Assembly: GCA_950097015.1 (NCBI GenBank)
Contig: CATNEN010000003.1
Span: forward strand, 5,394,001 to 5,458,000
Length of the DNA: 64,000 bases
Origin: Macrostomum hystrix
Lineage: Eukaryota; Animalia; Platyhelminthes
Direction: 5' to 3'
Part shown: positions 52,216 through 64,000 of the stretch, one piece after another
Layout of the letters: the number at the start of each line of letters is the position of its first letter
Position numbering within the stretch: position 1 is the stretch's first letter
Notes under the pieces: generated by a model
Database searches by the model: none
Told to the model about the DNA's origin: nothing
Seen by the model: the letters and a program-made list of their open reading frames with translations, nothing else
Translations under genes and position numbers: made by a program

Positions 52216-54305
52216 GGGTGCTGGTCATTTCGTCAACTGCCAGTTCGTCAACTTGGTTGACGAATTGACCAACAGTTTAAGGTGGTCTCACTTGCAGTTG
52301 ACGAAATGACCAAGGTTTTAGATTGCTTTATCAGTCAGTTGACGAAATGACCTGAGAATGTTAGTTACTTCGTCAACTGGCTAGCTACAGTTTGCAAATG
52401 TCATAACATGTACATAACATTACCTTTGTTATCATTACTTATTATCCGGAACGTTCTCAATCCATCTTCGCCACCCCATCCCTAAACTGACAACGTGCCC
52501 TGTCTCTGTAACTTGAACCAGGGCCCCTCGCGCTGACACCTGTTCTCTTAAGCTGACAACGTGCACCCTGTCTCTTTTACTTAAACCAGCGCCCCTCGGG
52601 TTGACACATGTTCTCTCAATCTCTCAATGCGAATTAGCACCTTGTCTTAATCCTCAACTATCATGTCTCAACATGATACGAAATACTTTAAACCTGACAA
52701 TGCAACCTCCTCAAACACTATATAATGGAGTAGGGTTTCAGGAGGGCCACTCAATTTTTTACGTCTTGGTAATGGACACTGATAAGTGTATTCAGTGCTC
52801 AGAGACTGTGCGGCCACGTCAACAGGCCATACAGTGCGATTCGTGCCAAAAGTGGCAACATCGAACTTGTGGGACTAGAATCTCACAAGCAGAGTACAGG
52901 CAGCTTATGCGGCAGGACGTGTTCGCATGGTCGTGTGCCACTTGTCAGGCAAGACCAGCGGCGGAGCCAGCGGCGGAGCCAGCGACGGAGCCAGCGGCGG
53001 AGCCAGCGGCGGAGCCAGCGACGGAGCCAGCGGCGAAGCCAGCGGCAGATCTAGCGGCGGAGCCAGCGGCGGATCTAGCGGCGGAGCCAGCGGCGGATCT
53101 AGCGGCGGAGCCAGCGGCGGATCTAGCGGCGGAGCCAGCGATGGAGCCAGGGGCGGAGCCAGCGGCGGAGGCAGAAGACGCAGCAGGTCTACTGGCCGAA
53201 ATGTATGCTGCCGAAGCAGGTGAGACATTCTATATTTAATAATTAAAGCAAGGCATCGCGAGTGACAGAAATCCAGATACTTCACACGTTTCTTCCTCAC
53301 AGGGCCCTTCCAAGAGCCGGTCCGTCTCACTGAGGTCTCGATGGAAGGTCTGGAGCCTCAGGTGCTCCCAGAAATCGATGAGGCCGGCAATCTAGAGGAA
53401 TTCGTCATTGTTCGCAATGGCACCAAGAAGCAAAAGCCGTCACTTATTCAACGCATTGGAGCTCGAGAATATGTATTGGGGCTGAACGTAGAAAAGAATA
53501 ACATTCGCTATTGGCGCTGCACCCAACGCAATTCCAGGTTGAAGTGCCCGGCTTCTGCCATTGAAGATAGTCAGGGCAACATTCGAAGCGGCCAAGCGGC
53601 TCACATCTGCGAAGCACGAGTGCGTGAGGGAATGAAGCGCCGATTGGTCGCCGAGATCAAGGAGGACGCGAAGCGGCACTGCTTCAGATCGGCTGCAGCA
53701 ATCGTGGAGGCGAAGTTGCTGGAGACCGGGGACATTGGCCCAGTGGTACCCGGCATCAATCAGCTGGTGCGAATCGCCAATCGGTCTCGTGAGGTTGGGC
53801 GCCCGCAGCCTCCAGTCGACCTCCAGTTTGCACTGGCCTTGGATCATCTGCCTCCGAATTTTCGGAGGCAGGACTAGTACGTACGTAAGTGGATAAGTGT
53901 ACTGTACATTCTGCGCATGTCTTCAGCTTTATATTTGATTGTGACCTTTGTGGTGGCCTTCTTTGTGATCTTTGTGATTTTGTGCAATGCATTTTTCCTT
54001 TTTTACCATACAATTACTGCATCTTTGTGGCAGTAACTCCGCCATTGTCTGGTCCCAAGCCCAGAATGAGAAAGGAGGAGGGCTGCATTGAATAAACATG
54101 CAACGGGAAAAAAGTTTCATGCGGGGCGTGTATTATTGGCAGTTGACGAAGTGACAAAAAGTTGACATCGTCCCATTGAACAGTTGACGAAATAACCAAG
54201 CTTTGAAAGTATCCTATTGGTTGGTTGACGAAACGACCAATACGGGGAACGGGTTGACGATGTGTCCAGTTGACGAAATGGCAGTTGACGAAATGACTAG
54301 GATCC
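52216..54305 (+). mobile_element. Mutator/Phantom-like DNA transposon, internally deleted (non-autonomous)
   Basis: TIRs GGGTGCTGGTCATTTCGTCAACTGCCAGTTCGTCAACT / AGTTGACGAAATGGCAGTTGACGAAATGACTAGGATCC; many subterminal GTTGACGAA motifs; TSD AAAATTTT at 52208-52215 and 54306-54313. Confidence 0.9.
52772..53877 (+). CDS. Truncated transposase N-terminus: PHD finger, (AEPA)n linker, FLYWCH-like zinc finger; no DDE domain
   Basis: Exon 52772-53219 (CxxC..CDSCQKWQHRTC..WSCATC), phase-1 GT-AG intron 53220-53302, exon 53303-53877 in frame (YWRC..KCPA..HIC). Stops at LPPNFRRQD, where a MULE core would be expected to begin. Confidence 0.8.
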
Positions 54306-54436
54306 AAAATTTTATTTTAGGCCCTAGGGTGCGTTTGAGTAGGCCTATCTTCCAAGAATAGTTCTCAAGCCTCTCTCAGAAAAAAACTTATATAATTATA
54401 GGTCAAACTCAATTTCAAATAAGAATCAAAAAATAA

Positions 54437-54812
54437 TATTTGATTATTTGTCCGGTTAACCACCCAATGACTTAATTTCTCCCCTTTCAACGAGCAGGAG
54501 CAACAATCCTCCCAAAGACCACTCTTGCCCTGCTGAGAGCCATCTTGAGTCTTGACCTCACAAAGACCAAACTATACCCTTGAACTAAGTTAGTCCCTGA
54601 AACAACCGAATTTCTGGAAAAGGTTTTAATTTTTTTAATTAGCTGATAAGCGAAAATAATTTGAGACACAAACTTCAAATCTGAATGACTGTCCTTTTGC
54701 AGCTTGTTAATTATTTTATCTTACAAATGATAGAGGTTCTCGTGGTAGCGCTACAACCCCTTATAACATAGTTATAAGTTATAACTCGGTTAACCGGACG
54801 AATAATCAAATA
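54437..54812. mobile_element. Small TIR element (MITE), possible TA target duplication
   Basis: tatttgattatttgtccggttaacc ... ggttaaccggacgaataatcaaata, 24/25 inverted match. Confidence 0.7.
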
Positions 54813-55591
54813 AGCCATAATGATAAAGCAAAATAAAAAATTCGTAGAAATGATTTTATGGTTTAAATTCTGAAGCAGTATCGGTTTGAACTGTTATATC
54901 AAAGATGTTTATTTTTACCCTTCACCGCTAGCTTTTCTTCCAATGCAACGTATGAAGTATATTTAATTTTCTTCAATGAAAAAGTAGGGTAAAAAACATT
55001 TATTTCTAGTGTGCGGTGACTCAAGACTCAGGACCCCCGTTTAGCTTTAAGCCGTTCTATTTGTTCAGAGTTCTAATTTTATTTTAGGGTGCGTTCGAGT
55101 ATCTTACAATAACTTCATAGTCAGCTAATTGGTTTGCAGTCTACACCAGGACTTAATTGCATTTCAATAGAATTATAACTGTAAAAATCAAACCCGGCAA
55201 TTAAAAGAATATAATTAAGCATATAAGAATATAAGAATATAGTACGTGGGGTTACCATTTTTATTTAATTATGTCACATCTGTTACTACTATAGCGCGAA
55301 GTCTAAAAAGTCAAATAGTGCGAGCAGAAAATCACAATCGTTTTATAACCTTACACCATGTACTATTTACGTTTGTCTAAACTTCCAGTACTTCAGCTGA
55401 GCTATATTGTGTACTTTTAAATTGTGTGCATTTTTACACGATTAATTGTACGATAAGTTTCAGTGACAATAATTATGCCAAAACTTTTCTATCCGATTGC
55501 CAAATCAGATCAGAGCAAAGTGCATTCACATATACGAGTATATGTGGTAGTTCGTTCATTTCATGTTCTGCAGACGATGCAATTAAACTAG

Positions 55592-57956
55592 CTACATTTC
55601 TAGCATCATCTGATTGGTTTTTTGATACAACCAGCCACCAAGCGCCGAGTTGCTCTTAATCCACAGCTTCTCCCATATGACGTTGGATAATGGATTCCCG
55701 TTGAGAAACATCTGCATCGTGCCGCAGCCGTTAGTCCACCAACCAGCGTTTCCCAGCTGTGACACGCAACCACCTGATGTGTCCCTGTCGTATGTTGAAA
55801 ACGTTTTGCCTTTCATTGATGACATCGGATCCACGCTGGCTGACTCATTGTTGAGTGTCATAGCAGTGTAGCTTAGTACATATCCGCCAGAAGCAGGTCC
55901 GACTGAAAAGCCTGAGTACTGCAGCACGTAGCTTACACCTGCTGCCGAGTTCAATTCGATCCTTAGACTCCTGCTTTCGCGAGTCAAAGCATGCATTGCT
56001 GATAGACCTGCATGCTTTTAGAATAAAACGAGATTTAGCTTGGCGGAATAAGACTGCGACAGTTTGGCCTGGTCACACAGTTTTAAAATATTTATCTGAC
56101 AGAACCCACACCAGTTGTCTGACAGAACACACACCAGTTGTCTGACAGAACACACACCAGTTGTCTGACAGAACACACACCAGTTGTCTGACAGAACACA
56201 CACCAGTTGTCTGACAGAACACACACCAGTTGTCTGACAGAACACACACCAGTTGTCTGACAGAACACACACCAGTTGTCTGTCAGAACACACACCAGTT
56301 GTCTGACAGAACACACACCAGTTGTCTGACAGAACACACACCAGTTGTCTGTCAGAACACACACCAGTTGTCTGTCAGAACACACACCAGTTGTCTGTCA
56401 GAACACACACCAGTTGTCTGTCAGAACACACACCAGTTGTCTGACACAACACACACCAGTTGTCTGTCAGAACACACACCAGTTGTCTGACAGAACACAC
56501 ACCAGTTGTCTGACAGAACACACATCAGTTGTCTGACAGAACACACACCAGTTGTCTGACAGAACACACATCAGTTGTCTGACAGAACACACATCAGTTG
56601 TCTGACAGAACACACACCAGTTGTCTGACAGAACACACATCAGTTGTCTGACAGAACACACACCAGTTGTCTGACAGAACACACATCAGTTGTCTGACAG
56701 AACACACATCAGTTGTCTGACAGAACACACACCAGTTGTCTGACAGAACACACATCAGTTGTCTGACAGAACACACATCAGTTGTCTGACAGAACACACA
56801 CCAGTTGTCTGACAGAACACACACCAGTTGTCTGTCACAACGCACACCAGTTGTCTGACAGAACACACACCAGTTGTCTGTCACAACGCACACCAGTTGT
56901 CTGACAGAACACACACCAGTTGTCTGACAGAACACACACCAGTTGTCTGACAGAACACACATCAGTTGTCTGACAGAACACACATCAGTTGTCTGACAGA
57001 ACACACACCAGTTGTCTGATAGAACACACACCAGTTGTCTGACAGAACACACACCAGTTGTCTGACAGAACACACACCAGTTGTCTGACAGAACACGCAC
57101 CAGTTGTCTGACAGAACACGCACCAGTTGTCTGTCAGAACACACACCAGTTGTCTGTCAGAACACACACCAGTTGTCTGACAGAACACGCACCAGTTGTC
57201 TGTCAGAACACACACCAGTTGTCTGTCAGAACACACACCAGTTGTCTGTCAGAACATACCCGAGTTGTCTCATAAAACAAACAATTTTGTCAACAATAAC
57301 AAACAGCTCACCAATCCAATAGTCTGTCGAGCAGTTTCCGAATCCTGTTTCATATTCGGTCCAATTCCTGGTGAATTTCACACTTCCATCGATTCTACGC
57401 TGAATCAGCAGGTAGGTTTTGTTTTCTCTCGTCATTGTCAATGGGCAGATTTGTACATTACTGCTCTTGACTGTTAAAATAAAGTTTTATAAAAAGTTTT
57501 CTGACTTAATAAAAAACTGAGTCGTTAAAAAGCATGCACGAAAAACGGCCTACCTGAAGGCACCTTGTTGTAGAGTGACGTATTGCGACCTACACGCCAA
57601 CAGTCGTGAGTTAGACTAGAATTAAAAATTGTGCACAAACCAGCTCTTGAGTCGATGTAATTTTCACTGAAACTGCATGAGTCGCATGCAGGATGTTTTG
57701 AGCACAGCATGATGCACTCAGCCTTGGACTGCGATTGAAATTCAAATAATTTTATTGATGACAAATCTTTGTACGCTATGCAGCTGCTATTATATGAAGT
57801 GAATAATTTAAATCGAAGCCTTCTATCGGTTGTGCCGATGCTGCTGTCGTTGCTGCTACAATTGTCGTTTCCGCCAATTAGCAGCTGACAATGGCATGTA
57901 GCAGCTGCTAGACCCAACAACAAGTTCAAATGAATCATAGTCTGAAAATTTGGCAT
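55592..57956 (-). CDS. Secreted PAN/apple-like plus fibrinogen C-terminal domain protein (FReD)
   Basis: Exons 57956-57554, 57470-57312, 56007-55592, both introns phase 1. Signal peptide; C..C...C.....C PAN-like pattern; IQRRIDGSVKFTRNWTEYETGFG, DYWIGL, FSTYDRD, GWWTNGC. Confidence 0.9.
56095..57258. repeat. 23-bp intronic minisatellite (CAGTTGTCTGACAGAACACACAC)n
   Basis: About 50 copies. Confidence 0.97.
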
Positions 57957-58194
57957 GCCTAGATTAAGCTCTTTTGATGTAAGTCAGATGATACGCTAAA
58001 AATTTAGTGTAAGGCCCTCCTAAGGATCTGCTTTAAAACTTGGTCCAGGCTTAATATTGTATTCAGAGCACGAGATAATGCTATCTGATTGGTGGAAGCT
58101 GTCATAGCGAATGAGAACATTTTTTAGTACTTGCGAACTCATCGCAATGCGTCGTGTGTTCTTTTGGACGAAAATTCAGCGCACTATTTTTTTC

Positions 58195-59135
58195 GAAATG
58201 AGGAATTTTCGTCAATATGAGGATTATCGCCGAAAGTTGGTATATCCGTCAAAATGAGAAAAACCGATGGAATGAGAGTTATTCGTTGGAATTTGGATTA
58301 TTGTCGGAACGAGGACTTACGCCAGAATGAGAATTATCGTCGATAATGGGATTATTGTCAGAATAAGGAATATAATCGAAATGGGGATTTCCGTCCATAT
58401 GAGGATTTCCGTCCATATGAGGATTTTCGTCCATATGAGGATTTTCGTCGAAATGAGTATTATCGTCGAAATGAGGATTATCGTCGAAATGAGGATTATC
58501 GTCGAAATGAGGATTATCGTCAAAATGAGGATTATCGTCGAAATGAGGATTTTCGTCGAAATGAGGATTATCGTCGAAATGAGGATTATCGTCAAAATGA
58601 GGATTATCGTCGAAATGAGGATTATCGTCGAAATGAGGATTATCGTCGAAATGAGGATTTTCGTCGAAATGAGGATTTTCGTCCATATGAGGATTTTCGT
58701 CGAAATGAGTATTATCGTCGAAATGAGGATTATCGTCGAAAAGAGGATTATCGTCGAAATTAGGATTATTGTCAGAATACGGATAATCATCGAAATGAGG
58801 ATTATCGTCCAAATGAGGATTATCGTCCAAATGGGGATTGTCGTCAATTTTGTGATTATCGTCAGGATAAGGAATAGCATCGAAATGGGGAATTATAGTC
58901 CCAATGAGGATTATCGTCGAAATGGGGATTATCGTCGAAATAGGTATTATCGTCCAAATGGGGATTATCGTCGATAATGGGATTCTTGTCAGGATAAGAA
59001 ATAGCATTGAAATGAGGACTATCGTCATAATGAGGATTATCGTCCAAATGAAGATTATTGTCCAAATGGGGATCATCGCCGATATTGGGTATTATTGTCA
59101 GAATAAGGATTATCATCGAAACGAGGATTTTCGTC
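58195..59135. repeat. 18-bp minisatellite (GATTATCGTCGAAATGAG)n
   Basis: Homogeneous core with degenerate edges; source of the DDNPHF ORF. Confidence 0.95.
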
Positions 59136-60139
59136 GTATTGTACACTTTATGCGACTTAAAGTCGAACACACAGATTGCGATGGAGGATGATACAACATG
59201 ATAATAATTCCTAACTTAGTTTTGCAGAAAAGCTTTCTAAATTTAAAATTAGATTTGAAAATATGTATCTGTTGTTTGTTATCTACGAGTACTAGGGACT
59301 GCAAATATTGATCAAAGCCTGCTTAAAGCTTTTAAGATTCAGCGGAAAGTTTTTACTATCATCCAGTTGCCGACTAAATCCTGGATTACATGCATTTTAT
59401 CAGTGTACGAGTTATATGGCGACCGAGATGCTTGGGGGATTATAAGCTAGATGGGGATTGCGGGTGAGATGAAGTTTAACAGCTAATATGTTTTTGCTTC
59501 TGTTGTCATCATAATTTTACTTGAAAACCATGAAAATTAACACCTGTTGATTTAAGATAATCTTTCACACGAACCTACAGATAATGCATGGACAAGGACA
59601 AACGCACTGATAGTTTCAGTATCGTATGACAAAGCTTAGCCATTGTTCCGATGCAATATTGATTCCAGAATATTCTCTTTGTTTAAAAGAATGGTTCAGC
59701 AATTGTTTTTGGATGTTTTGCTTGGCAGTAATTCCATATCAAAACTTTCCATGCTAGGATTTTGCTTTGAATAGCAGAGCAAATGACAATATAGAAGTTG
59801 AAGAACACTTTATCCACTACCTATGGGAAAATTCATATGGGGAATTCTTTTGAGACAACCAATATTTTAGGGGTTTTCGAGAACTCCACCGTTTGTGAAG
59901 CCTGCCTCGAGTCCGCAGTTGCTATGCTCCGGGATCCAACTCACTAAATGTTGTGTACAAATAGCTTCATCGCTTTTTTTAGTTGCTTAAAACGAAGCGA
60001 ATATTTCCTGGCTAACTCCTATGTACTTTCTTATCAGTTAAGGTAAGCAAAGCACATAGCAAGCAGAATATGATTAGACCATGAAGATATACCGTAGATA
60101 AAATCACACAGAACATATGCAAAACTATTGGATTTCCCG

Positions 60140-60303
60140 TCGTCACGCAGTGTACACTATCACTGTGCCTTGGAGGTTGGCCCTTAAGGGCGTTAATTGC
60201 ATGACAAACCCCCCACCAAGTGTTATCTGCGCCCCAAATGAATGTGGCCTCGCCGCGGAATCGAGCTCAGGGACCTTGGCGCGAGAAGGACAAGTCTGCC
60301 ACT
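60140..60303 (-). mobile_element. SINE family 1, partial copy
   Basis: gcagtgtacactatcactgtgccttggaggttggccc ... ggaatcgagctcagggaccttgg. Confidence 0.82.
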
Positions 60304-60429
60304 CATCGCCTCTGTTAAATGCCCTTGAAATATTTTTCGATAATTCGCACAGAATTTTCTACTGCAACGCAATTATACTACTGCTGCAGTTCATTAGTAT
60401 TTGCTCAATTGAAAACGTTTCACTATACT

Positions 60430-61205
60430 ATATGAGGACTGTCGTCAGATTAAAAATTTTCTTCGGAATAACGGTTATCGTCTGATTAAGGATTATCGTC
60501 TGAATGTGGACTATTTTAGGATTGAGGATTATTGTCAGAATTTGGATAATCTTAAGATTAGGAATTATCGTCAGAATTGGGATTATCTTAAAATTAGAGA
60601 TTATCGTCAGAATCTGGATTCTTAGGATTAGAGATTCTCGTCATATTGTTGATTATCTTAGGAATTGGGATTATCGTCAGAATTGGGAATATCTTAGGAT
60701 TAGGGATTATCGTCAGAATGGGGATTATCTCAATGACTACTAAACAACACATAGTTGTGTTATCTTGGATTATCTTGGATTACCTTGGATTATCTTAGGA
60801 TTGGGGATTATCGTCAGAATGGGGATTATCGTCAGAATGGGGATTATCTTAGGATTAGGGATTATCGTCAGTATGGGGGTTATCTTAGGATTAGGGATTA
60901 TCGTCAGAATGGGGATTATCTTAGGATTAGGGATTATCGTCAGAATGGGGATTATCTTAGGATTGGGGATTATCGTCAGTATGGGGGTTATCTTAGGATT
61001 AGGGATTATCGTCAGAATGGGGATTATCTTAGGATTGGGGATCATCGTCAGAATGGGGGTTATCTTAGGATTAGGGATTATCGTCAGAATGGGGATTATC
61101 TTAGGATTGGGGATCATCGTCAGAATGGGGGTTATCTTAGGATTAGGGATTATCGTCAGAATGGGGATTATCTTTGGATTAGAGATTTATAGTCAGAATG
61201 AGTAT
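60430..61205. repeat. 18/36-bp minisatellite (GATTATCGTCAGAATGGG GATTATCTTAGGATTAGG)n, related to 58195-59135
   Basis: Dimeric higher-order unit sharing GATTATCGTC. Confidence 0.93.
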
Positions 61206-61732
61206 AGTCGCTAAATGATGAATTAAGTTAAAAGTAAATTTAATTTAATTTAGAGTAAATTAGCTTTAAGTATCGTTGGATTGAAGCAACACTAAAAAAT
61301 ACTCAAATGAACAATTTTACTATAACATCGTTCTATGCCATCATTTAAAATAGAAAATGCATAGATGAGACACAAGAGGTCAGACAATATGTCTAGACTC
61401 AAATATGAAAAAGGATTGACCGAGAAATATTTCGCGAAATTCAAAGTTTGCAACAAAAACAAAAAACTTCAAATCAAAATGAATGGAAAATGTATCAATG
61501 TAACAAAGAAATCAATATATATAGTTGTTAAGTTACATTTTTATTTCTTTTTTTATTTTTTCTAAAACTGGTAACGAAAACAGGTAACGGAAAATGCACA
61601 CTGTTGGTGAAGACTCGTTGCCATCATCTTCGTTAACAGCCCTTGGTAACGCGAATAACGATCGTTACCAAATTGGTAATTTGCTACGAGTAACGCGCCC
61701 AACACTGTAAGTGATGGGTTTGCATTGTCCTG

Positions 61733-61898
61733 AGGGTCGGTGGCAGAGCGGTTAACGCGTTTGGCTCTCGCACCAAGGTTCCTAAGTTCGATTCCGCAGC
61801 GAGGCCACATTCATTTGGGGCGCAGCCGCGGAGAGAAGGCTTGGGGGCTTGTCGTGCCATTTACGCCCATCTAGTGTCACCAAATGATGTGCCATTGC
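61733..61898 (+). mobile_element. SINE family 1 copy with a large internal deletion
   Basis: Head through atttacgccc is joined directly to tctagtgtcaccaaatgatgtgccattgc. Confidence 0.85.
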
Positions 61899-62287
61899 TA
61901 ATACGTAGTTTAATGTACATCTAAGGCTGTGCAATTAAGAGAGAATCGGTTTCTATATTTAGCATCTTTCCGAAGTGCAAGTATACATTTCCTGGAAATT
62001 TTTCGAATCTACGTCAGACTTTTTCTTGGAAATTCCAACAACAAGAGTATTTAACTGCCGACCCGTTTAGGCTTTTTTTAAGCCAGAATTTTTTATCAAG
62101 CGATCGACATGCAAATTCTGGGTAAGTTTTTACTTTTATACCTTCACTGTATCGTATCGTAATATCGTATTACAAATTGCGTAATGTTAAACTCTCGCGC
62201 GTATAGGTCAATTTAGACCCTACATGGATCATTATCATATTTCAAGTCCATTTAAAATGTATCGTAAACTGGATTTTACCAGTCTAA

Positions 62288-62652
62288 TATAATAATAATA
62301 ATAATTGCAGAAGGGCTGCGGGCAATGGCACATAATTTAGTGACACTAGACCCGCAGCCAGCGAGGAGGCAATTCTGCCCATTTCGCTGACTCCTGAGCA
62401 CACACGCACACAGATACCGTACGCAGGCACCCGCTCACACAGGTGTGTACATCTGCCCTGACTTTCTCATCGTCAGGCAGTGTACATTTCACTGTGCCTT
62501 GGAGGTTGGCCCTCAAGGGCGTAAATTGCACGACAAGCCCCCAAGCCTTCTCTCCGCGGCTGCGCCCCAAATGAATGTGGCCTCGCCGTGGAATCGAACT
62601 TAGGGACCTTGGTGCGAGAGGCAAACGCGTTAGACTGCTCTGCCACCGACCC
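62288..62652 (-). mobile_element. SINE family 1, full-length reference copy
   Basis: Minus strand: A box GGTGGCAGAGCAG, B box AGTTCGATTCC, structured body, (ATT)n tail. Confidence 0.93.
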
Positions 62653-63492
62653 CCTCCAGACTAATATAGCTGGCCTACCACATATAGATTAAAATTCAAA
62701 TGTGGCCAATTGAGAATATTTCAGAGCAATTAAACATTTGATAGCAATCAAAAAATAACAACAAGAAACAGCGGCATTTTTCATCACAATCTATTGCAGG
62801 CTAATCCATCTCATCCCGGCCCAGAGCACTCTACCACTGCAAGGCCACCGCCTACCATGAGTCGTCAAGGCTCATAAAAACTCAAAACTATTATCAAACT
62901 CCTGGCTATTGAGTTGAAACTAGCCAAATACTCACTTTCTACTGAGCTGTCACGGTTGAAAACAAAACCAAATTTCGCGTGATTTCTCGCGCGGCACTCA
63001 TCTGACAGCCTTGTTGAGTGCCAGATTGTCAGAAATCTATTGCGCCAAAACTTTATAGCGTCTGACACAAATTTACTTAGGTTTGAAATTAAATAAAGTC
63101 TATTAGAAATGATAAAGTTTGAGATTTCGGTTCTGGGTCGAGTATATTTATGCTTAGAAAAATTATTTCGGAAAGTTTCTCGAATTTGGGGCGAGTGTCA
63201 TGACAGTTTGGCAGCTGACAATCAGTTTGTCGCCTTCTGTGGATTGATCGATCGATCAATGCCAGATTGCAGTGACGCACACACTTAAAAAAACTAATGT
63301 CTTATTCGCGAGCAGCGAATTTCAAACCAACCCAATTGCATCAGGTGGACGATGCGCAGGATGGGGTCGTTTTGGCAACTGGGAGTTTCGTCACTCTGAG
63401 TGTCCATTTGTTTTATGACCGCTGTCTCCGCTAATTTAAATGCTTACATTATATTAAGCAACTATAAAGACTTTATTGTCGAATTGTGTCAG

Positions 63493-63660
63493 GTGTTCAA
63501 CGAGAGGTGCATTTTGGCGCACTGCCAAAGGTGCGACGGCTTCCCTAGCAACAATGTCAGCTCGTTCGTGTTCAGCCTTCGAGACGGCCAACAGCTGACA
63601 TTCTGGCACGTATGGCAAGCCCAGAGCTTCTTTCAAGTTGAGACCGACCAAGGACTCCAG
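63493..63660 (+). CDS. Possible internal exon of an unidentified gene
   Basis: ttgtgtcag|GTG TTC AAC ... CTC CAG|gtaaat; 56 open codons, phase 0-0; no recognised motif. Confidence 0.3.
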
Positions 63661-64000
63661 GTAAATGATAATACACTGCATATTAATTGGCAGGATAGCA
63701 GGACACTGGAAACACCGGGACACCTACTCAAGTACCCTAACTTTCTCATCATCAGGTAGTGAAAATATATATTGGGAGGGCGTAGATTGTACGACAGGCC
63801 CTAAAACAGTACCGGACATCACTACAAAATCGTCCTCAGGGACCTTAGTTCCGCCTTCAGCTGTAGTTACGGATACAGCTACGGGAGGCTACAGTTCCGG
63901 AATCTGTTGGACACAATATTTTATTCCCGGTATCTATATACCGGATCTTGAGTTTTCCCTGACTAAATTAGTTTTTCGACATGATTTTGTTCGAAATTGT

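Noticed and set aside
58279-59076. DDNPHF repeat protein
   Set aside because: 18-bp array open in several frames on both strands; no signal peptide or splice support. Cannot be fully excluded without RNA data.
62305-62400. HDV-like ribozyme (GCC-TCCTCGCT-GGC resembles the HDV P3/L3)
   Set aside because: Could not build P1, P1.1 and P2 in the required order; a nested three-way junction explains the pairing.
62445-62486. Hammerhead ribozyme in the SINE (CTGACGA..GAAA..GTC on the minus strand)
   Set aside because: No room for stems II and III; the sequence folds better as a simple hairpin.

Overview
Eukaryotic (invertebrate animal) genomic DNA, intron-rich and very rich in minisatellites. The pattern is compatible with a free-living flatworm such as Macrostomum, but that is inference only. 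All well-supported host genes lie on the minus strand and were rebuilt by hand from splice sites and reading-frame phase. From left to right they are: the signal-peptide first exon of a gene running off the left edge (4908-5010); a large non-chordate classical cadherin, DN-cadherin/type III-like (6325-21884); a two-exon orphan helical protein (26980-30314); a cytoplasmic intermediate filament protein with a lamin-tail domain (33910-41826); RhoA/Rho1 (46693-48842); and a secreted PAN/apple plus fibrinogen-domain protein (55592-57956). Mobile DNA comprises two tRNA-derived SINE families, several hAT-type MITEs with 8-bp target-site duplications (TSDs), and a truncated PHD+FLYWCH Mutator/Phantom-like transposon. 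About 25 unrelated tandem arrays account for most of the long ORFs in the track, which are artefacts. The most unusual pattern is that several arrays and small duplications are built from the host gene's own splice signals or exons: 14 tandem copies of a cadherin exon/donor junction, an array complementary to a donor site, and displaced exon copies. Also found: a probable GC-AG intron, a 12-nt microexon and MITE-borne minisatellites. There is no CRISPR array or prokaryotic system.
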